From positions 74,632,339-74,689,946 of the forward strand of contig NC_068985.1 in NCBI RefSeq assembly GCF_001194135.2: a DNA stretch of 57,608 nucleotides, written 5' to 3'. The DNA is from Octopus bimaculoides. Lineage: Eukaryota. This document shows positions 49,853 to 57,608 of the stretch, piece by piece. Position 1 is the first letter of the stretch; every line of letters starts with the position of its first letter. Both the position numbers and the translations under genes were made by a program. Under the pieces are notes generated by a model. That model was not told the DNA's origin and did not search any database. It was given only the letters and a program-made list of their open reading frames with translations.

Positions 49853-50785
49853 TCTTATTTACATTATGTACATTTGACGGATATTTGTCCTCATTTTTTT
49901 GTTAACACAACGTTTCGGCTGATATACCATCCAGCCTTCATCCTAGCATTCCTGCATGTATTAATAACACGCACCAAGTGTGGATTCAGGACATCTGTAT
50001 GCTGCAAGCCGACCTTCACTGGACGATACCTCGACTTCAGTTCCCACCATCCATACAGTGTAAAGAGCAGGATTATTCAGTGCCTAAAACATCGAGCAAA
50101 GAATATAAGTAGTGATTGTGATAGCCACCACGAAGAAATGATCAAGCTCAGAAACAATCTATTAAGCAACCCCCCAAAACATACATTCACCCCAATTATG
50201 AAGAAAAGAGAGGTTGAAACCAATAAACTGTTCATCGTCTGTCTACCCTATGTGAAAGGCCTCTCCAAAAGCATACAAAAGATATGCGGCCCATATGACA
50301 TCAGGACAGTATTCAAGAGCAATACAACACTTCTCAAATATCTCCTTCGAATAAAACAACCAATAGAAGATAATGACCAGAAACTTCGTGTACTCCATCT
50401 CATGAAGCTGTGGTAGGTTATACAAAGGCGAAACATGTCGTCCCCTCAAAATAAGGCTAGACGAACATCGCAAAGCTGTGACACGAGGAGATATTGATAA
50501 ATCGGGTATAGCTGATCATGTATGGTAAAATAGAGACCACCTCCCCTGTGGGATGAAGTTAAAATAATAGACATAGAACACCACTGGAAAATAAGAAAAC
50601 TAAAAAAGCAGCACATATGATAGGATGCAGCAACCTTCTAAGCAGACCGAATATGAATAGCATATGGGAGCCGGTATTAAGGAAGGATAGGAAAATATTA
50701 GATTTATAAGCCCTAAAATTCACTCCATAATTGCCCTGGGGCATATGGCGTAGTGGTTAAGAGCGCGGGCTATTCTAAGCAGTAA

Positions 50786-50824
<39 letters not shown>

Positions 50825-51010
50825 TGATAATAATAGAATCGAAAAATACCTTATGAATGAGAACTCAGGTTCGAAATTTCCCCAAGACACCTGATGAAAG
50901 CTCGAGTGTATATCAACCGAAACGTTGTGTTACCAACAAACAAGGTTAGGATAAATATCCGTCAAATAATGTAAATAATGTACATAATTCCTCAGCTCTT
51001 AAATATAGAA
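49853..51010 (+). mobile_element. 5'-truncated Penelope-like element with inverted 5' terminal-repeat fragment
   Basis: KPTFTGRYLDFSSHHP, LPYVKGLS and GIY-YIG region VYSI..CGRLYKGETCRPLKIRLDEH..SGIADHVW; 49853-49942 is an inverted copy of about 50893-50985; atgtctatacat repeated at 49841 and 51011. Confidence 0.92.
50886..50931 (+). ncRNA. Minimal type I hammerhead ribozyme in the PLE terminal repeat
   Basis: Stem I GACAC/GUGUU, canonical CUGAUGA, GAA, palindromic ACGU, GUU triplet; stem II is mutated here but intact (GGCUG/CAGCC) in the inverted copy at 49916-49936. Confidence 0.7.
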
Positions 51011-51798
51011 ATGTCTATACATGTTTGTCTATACTTTGTCTATAAATGTTTTTCCAATTTCCAACGACAAAATTTATACGTTTTAGTTGTAAGAATTCAA
51101 TAGGGTAACGAAATTTGCTGTTGACATTTGTTAGCTCTTGATAGTAATTAAACACTACATATTTGTACTGCAGATGTCAACTGTGTAGAATATGTTATGA
51201 AGATCTTCGCTAGAGTATTTGAAACCGATATGTTGTGCATAAATATTTTTGTCAGAGCATTTTGATTGTTTGACCAAGAGAGATCTTCTTGCGCTTCAAA
51301 TTGTATGTTCCCTGAATGGTGAAACCAAAGTTTTCCTGAATTCGTTAACGTAGAGACATATCTATCATTATGCTATTGAAACCATAGTGTTTTATTGGTC
51401 GCTGTCATAAATTCTGCAGGATCATCTCTTGTCTAAGTAGATGCAAAATATAAACTGGACTAGGGGTATAATTTATGAAAGTTTCGTTTACTTTCAACGG
51501 TGTATGAGATTTCCGCTGTTTGTTTACGAGGTAAAAGTTCGGATGCGAGAACATCTATGACATTCCATGAGATTTTAGGAATTTCAAACAAAACGGACGC
51601 ACAATATAATCTAGTTTCATAACAAAAAATAACCAAAATTGAATTCGAGACAGTCTACAATATAATAGTGAAATAAATGTGTTATCTCGAAGAAAACATT
51701 TGATGCACATCCTAATGAATGGCTTTTGTCCTCAGAATACATATTACCACAAACGGCAACTTGTGAATTATATCCCTATCGCTATGAATTGTAGTAGA

Positions 51799-52011
51799 AA
51801 TAATCACTTCTACTACAGACACAAGGCCTGAAATTTGGTGGGAGGGGACTAGTTGATAAAATCGACCCCAGTGTTTCACTGGTACTTATTTTATCCACCC
51901 CGAAAGGATGAAAGGCAAAGCGACCTCGGCGGAATTTGAAGTGGTAGCGACGAGCGAAATATCACTAAGCATTTCGTCCAGCGTGCTAACGATCCTGCCT
52001 GCTCGCCGCCC
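51799..52011 (-). mobile_element. SINE family A
   Basis: Reverse complement reads gggcggcgagcaggcaggatcgttagcacg..ttcaaattccgccgaggtcgctttgcctttcatcctttcgggg..ctggggtcgat. Confidence 0.85.
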
Positions 52012-53039
52012 TAGGCTGCAGAAATAATAAAAATGGAAATGTTGAGGTTAGGAGTTTTCAAAATATTTTCAGGATGAGTACTGAGCTTTGGATTTGAGAT
52101 ATATTTATTTTCTACTTCGCGTACTTAACAACAGAATCAGTTAAACCCTGACAAAACCTATATTCCTACTGAATAACTCATTCAAAGGTCATTAAATCAT
52201 TCAAAGGTCTTAATTCTATTGGGAGGCTTCAGAAAAAGCAAAGAGTTTCCGAAGAAGATTCAGGAACTTCTGTATTAAACATAGCAGCACGGTAATACAA
52301 AGAACGTGGTTGGTTTGAGCAGAATAAACAAAATTACGGAATTTAAGAGTACGAAATTGCATTTGTTAATTATTACGCGCATTGATTCCTAAAATGTGGA
52401 AGGCGTTCTTGGTATAGGAAGAGGACCTTGAAGGATGTAATATACGTAATTTCTCCGAAGTAATTAACACACATTTCTCTTTTGAGTACCAATTAAAAAT
52501 ATTCCTCTCACTTAGTCTTCTATTTTTTCTCTAACAGTGTAGATCATTATGACTCCTTAGAAAAAATCTTGCATTAAATCAATATGAATACATTCTCGAA
52601 AGAAGAAGTCACTTGACTAAATAATTTTCCTGTAACTCGAAGTCATTCTGTATGAGAAAGCTTAGTATATTCCCCCCACTGTAACGTTTAAAGAGTTTAT
52701 AGTGGTGCAACTTTGTTTAATCAATATTACCAGTCTTTCTGAAAATTAAAGTTGTCTCTGGTACCCTTTCATAAAATAAATAATATATTATTCTTAGACA
52801 CTCAACAGTATTCTTGAATGAAGACATTGAATAATTCATAAATTCTGCAAGCATAAAAAAGAGGGCACTTCAATTATCAAGAGAATGTGGTAAATTAAAT
52901 ATCAGTAATGAATTATATGACTCCATTTCCTATAAATGCACACATATAGGAAATGCACTTAAATACAAGCACACTTGCACACACACACACTCACACGCAC
53001 CCATACGCACACGTATATGCAGAGATACAAGCGTACATG

Positions 53040-53072
<33 letters not shown>

Positions 53073-55172
53073 ATATATNNNNNNNNNNNNNNNNNNNNNN
53101 NNNNNNNNNNNNNNNNNNNNNNNNNNNNNNNNNNNNNNNNNNNNNNNNNNNNNNNNNNNNNNNNNNNNNNNNNNNNNNNNNNNNNNNNNNNNNNNNNNNN
53201 NNNNNNNNNNNNNNNNNNNNNNNNNNNNNNNNNNNNNNNNNNNNNNNNNNNNNNNNNNNNNNNNNNNNNNNNNNNNNNNNNNNNNNNNNNNNNNNNNNNN
53301 NNNNNNNNTTATATTATTCATATAAACTTATTTTGCAATCATTCTAAAACTTCAGTAAATACAATTGAACATAATTATTAATCTGTATTTATATCGTATA
53401 TGTTTAGCTTGCTCAACCGTGATGCCTATAAATGTGTATGATCATAACAGACGACACGCAATCATGTGCTACAATTTCAACGATAACGTAATATCAACGT
53501 TAACCAATAGATATTCCAATAAAAATAGTGATACCCAATTTAGAAACAGAAACTGGAGACGATATTGCTCACATTCAGTAGGCTAAGAGATAATAAACAA
53601 GAATAGAAATTTCTTCAATAAAACGTGGGAAGCGCTCGGATTATTATCTAATTAATTAGATTATTCCTGACCAAAGCAATTTGTATATAAATTAATCTTA
53701 TCTAAGTTTATATAATATTAAGTTTTCGTCAAGCAGAAATATATTTTAGTATCAAAAGATTCATTTGAACATTGGATTTTTTAAAATTAGCTCCAACTAT
53801 AATTTTAAAAAAATGTTTTTTCTGTTTGCTTTATCTATTTATTGTTATTTTCAACATTTTAAAATGAATTTGTTTGACGAAAAATATTGTATGACTGGGA
53901 TGTAATCACACAGCAAATTTTACAACTCAAGTTTTAGCTTTTACCATACGAGACGTGTACTTAAAATTTCAAACCACTTTCAAAATTGTCTCAATCGATT
54001 ATTTCGTATTTTTAAAAATTTTGTGGAAGTAGTAAGTTTCTTGGAGAGTAGTACTGAATTAAGAGAATATTTACAATAATCCTTATTGATTTCAATATAC
54101 TGGATATTCACGCCATGTAAGTGTTTGTGCTTATTTTGGGGCGCGATCCATTCAGCGTATTTTCATATAAATGACCTTACAGCATTTAAAACAGCTACAT
54201 ATAAAAGGGTATTATTTTGGTTTGTATTCACCAAATGCATGATCAGTAACATGGACATTAAAAATAGTACTCGAGAAATAATTCTACAGAAGAAAAAACA
54301 GGTCAGTCGATAAGAGATTTGCTTATTTTTTATAATGCAAGCGAGATAATTATGGAAGCCATCATACTTCGAAAATTTAAGCAACAGCCGAACAGAAAGT
54401 GTATAAGTCAGTATCGTATAGCTCATCTCTGCCCGAAATTAGCGTTTCAAAATGAATAAGTTATTCAGGATACGTAAGTTAAGAGTTCCTTCGATTCGGG
54501 AGAGTATACGGAACACCACCCATTCAAGAGAATATCGGGGTGTCGTCATCAAGTTGAATATGACAGATTATGTAAGTGACAATACACAACGAACATTATT
54601 CGAAGAAAACATCCTGTACTTTTAGATTTTAATCACATATATTGATGACTCTAACTTCAGATGTTCACCACCACAGCAAAAAAGTAATTGAACGCCGATC
54701 AAGATGTAGCGTTTGAGTTAATTAATTTAACACATTAATCAAGTATTCTAACATATAAAATACATAATTGTATATATATATATTCAGCCATAGAAATTAT
54801 TAGAATCTCGTTTAACCTTTGTGCATTTCGTCAGTAGAGATATATTATAAAAAAGGATTGGAAATCAAATATCACTTTCACAATCACAAACATTTTTACT
54901 GTCAAATGAAACAACAAATTTTACGGTTTCTATGCTGCAACATGGGTAGAAAAATCAGTAGAAGGGCTATCAGCTACGTAGTTGCGCCCTTCACGATATT
55001 AGTTCAATTTTAAAGAGGATAGAACCATAAAATAAGTAACTGCAAGTTACTCCTCTCACTTTGATCTTCTGTATCCATCTCTTACAAAAATGTGTCTTTT
55101 CAAATAATCATTTGCATTTTGTTAACACGAATGTGTGGTAGCTCGATTAACATGAAGTAGACATGTGTGATG

Positions 55173-55203
<31 letters not shown>

Positions 55204-55654
55204 NNNNNNNNNNNNNNNNNNNNNNNNNNNNNNNNNNNNNNNNNNNNNNNNNNNNNNNNNNNNNNNNNNNNNNNNNNNNNNNNNNNNNNNNNNNNNNNNN
55301 NNNNNNNNNNNNNNNNNNNNNNNNNNNNNNNNNNNNNNNNNNNNNNNNNNNNNNNNNNNNNNNNNNNNNNNNNNNNNNNNNNNNNNNNNNNNNNNNNNNN
55401 NNNNNNNNNNNNNNNNNNNNNNNNNNNNNNNNNNNNNNNNNNNNNNNNNNNNNNNNNNNNNNNNNNNNNNNNNNNNNNNNNNNNNNNNNNNNNNNNNNNN
55501 NNNNNNNNNNNNNNNNNNNNNNNNNNNNNNNNNNNNNNNNNNNNNNNNNNNNNNNNNNNNNNNNNNNNNNNNNNNNNNNNNNNNNNNNNNNNNNNNNNNN
55601 NNNNNNNNNNNNNNNNNNNNNNNNNNNNNNNNNNNNNNNNNNNNNNNNNNNNNT

Positions 55655-57608
55655 GTTATTATCCCCATCTCAATGCCCCCCACTCTCACACCAATAACAA
55701 ACAAGGAATCCTACCCACACCTATGCATAAATCTCCCACCCAAGGAACCCCATACCGTCCACCCAACAAACACTTTTCCTACAGATCTTCATACCCACGC
55801 TACTCACACCAACAGAACCACAATAACTCCCTTCCCCACTCCAACCTCGCATACAATCCACCCTACAAATACCCAAAAACCCGCCGCATTTCTCACAAAA
55901 CCTTAAACCATCACATTCCATACCAACACAATCACTATAACTACCCATCCACTTCCAACCTCTCCACCCAACAATACCCCTACCCTACCCCTTCTACCAG
56001 AACTCTAACAATCACTACACCCCCTACTTCAACAACCAATTTTTAGACGGAGGGGAGAAAAACAGGCACCACCGCTAATACAGATCCATAAAAAGAAAAC
56101 TAAAAATAAAACTAAAATAATAAATCTCTCTAATAAAACCCTTAGACAAACCGAAATTAACACCCTAGCCAGAGGCTTAAAATTCACACCCACCGCAAGC
56201 ACACCCAACCCCCCTGAGATCAAGGATGACATTTCAGAATTTTGCAGAAAGCTTCGTTTAACAGAAGCTTTTATAGACCTCAACAATGAGGATGACTCAA
56301 TTATTAAAAACAAAAGCAACTTCATACCTTCCAAAGGAAGGAATAAAGCACTAGACGATTTTTGCAACCACATCCAGAGTTTCCCTTAGACCTCACCTAA
56401 AACCAAGGTCAAATCAAACTTTCATAGCATAGAATGGAAAAACCTAAGAGACTTACAACAGGACAAAAGCCTTACTATCAAAGAAGCTGACAAAGGTAGT
56501 ACTGTAGTCCTAAAGAACACAGATTTTTACAAACACCTAGCACTCTCCTTACTAAACGACAACTCCTTCTATGAAATTATCACCAACTATAAACAACAAA
56601 AAACTCTCAAAACCTCACCACCCTTATACTCCAGCAAGGTCAAAGACTCACGGACAAAGAAAAGGATTACATCACTAATTTCAAATGAAAGCCCAGCCTC
56701 TTGTATGACCTCCCTAAAATCCATAAGAACAAATCCATCACCGAAGCTTGCAAACTCTCCTCTGAAATCTACATCAACATCAAGGCACCGGAAGATTTAA
56801 AACTAAGACCCATTATAGCAGGCACCTCCTGCGAAATACATCGATGAAGCAATTTCTTGGACATTCTTTTGGAACCTTTCCTAAGTCACATCAAAAGTTT
56901 CATTAGAGATGATCTTGACATGCTCAATCACCTCCCGAAAACAACAAACGTGGAGTCACTCTTGGTTTCTTTTGACGTGGTCAACCTTTACACAAATATC
57001 CCTGATGAATATGCTATTGAGGCAATCAAATTCTGGCTGCACAAACACCCAGAAACATTTCCTAATCGCATCAACACAACCTTCATTATAGAATCACTTA
57101 ACTTCATTCTGACCAACAATTACTTCTTGTTTGCAGACACATACTTTCGCCAAAAATGTGGTATCGCGATAGGTACTAAAGCTGCACCAGTCCTTGCGAA
57201 CCTCATAATGGATTTTTTTGAATTATCACTCTATGAAATCTCACGCCAGAAATTTGGACACCTTTTCCACATCTATTTAATGCATAACTGGAAAAGATAC
57301 TTGGATGATTGTTTCATCATATGGAAGGAATCCTATGAAAAACCTCTAGAATTCAAATCCATACTTAACAACATACATCCCAGCATTCAATTCACTATGG
57401 AATTCAGCAAACATCATCTCCCTTTTCTTGATCTCTTAATTATAAAAAAAACACTTAATAACCAAATCACAACCGACATCTACCACAAACCTACAGACTC
57501 ACAACAATACCTCCTTTTTAGCTCATGCCACCCAAAACACACCAAGATAAATATCCCATTTAATTTAGCTAAAAGAATTTGCACCATTGTCTCTGACCCA
57601 ACCACTCG
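55655..57608 (+). mobile_element. Penelope-like element ORF (N-terminus and RT), partly decayed, runs off the window
   Basis: LARGLKFTP, IKEADKG, LPKIHK, LRPII, SFDVVNLYTNIP, GIAIGTKAAPVLANL, RYLDDCF, LPFLDL, YHKPTDSQQYL..SCHP; stops at about 56387 and 56845; open from 56848 to the end. Confidence 0.95.

Noticed and set aside
948-55906. Long ORFs containing X runs or YIYI/CVCV/HTHT tracts
   Set aside because: They result from N-gaps and dinucleotide microsatellites lacking stops.
1-57608. CRISPR arrays, operons or prokaryotic defence systems
   Set aside because: No repeat-spacer arrays or gene-dense regions; the sequence is eukaryotic repeat-rich DNA.

Overview
AT-rich animal genomic DNA from a fragmented short-read scaffold with 15 N-gaps, most abutting (AT)n or (GT)n tracts. 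The repeat content suggests a coleoid cephalopod such as Octopus; this is my recollection of the SINE families, not a database result. The window is mostly transposon debris: a CR1-type LINE in three scrambled pieces, three tRNA-derived SINE families, two MITE/foldback structures, an hAT-type element, three Tc1/mariner subtypes, a Gmr1-like Gypsy gag-pro fragment with a tRNA-Pro PBS, and several Penelope-like elements (PLEs). No host gene is securely identifiable, and there is no CRISPR array, rRNA or intact tRNA. The leads most worth following are: (i) minimal hammerhead ribozymes with an ACGU-palindrome stem III, including a ~190-bp unit present twice with a non-canonical CUGUUGA core; (ii) a PLE terminal repeat combining a tRNA-like head, (AAT)n and a hammerhead; (iii) a LINE/SINE pair sharing a 3' tail whose hairpin is conserved in structure but not sequence; (iv) splice-flanked minus-strand exon candidates at 42.2-46.3 kb ending in a GPI-like tail, with duplicated exon and intron blocks.
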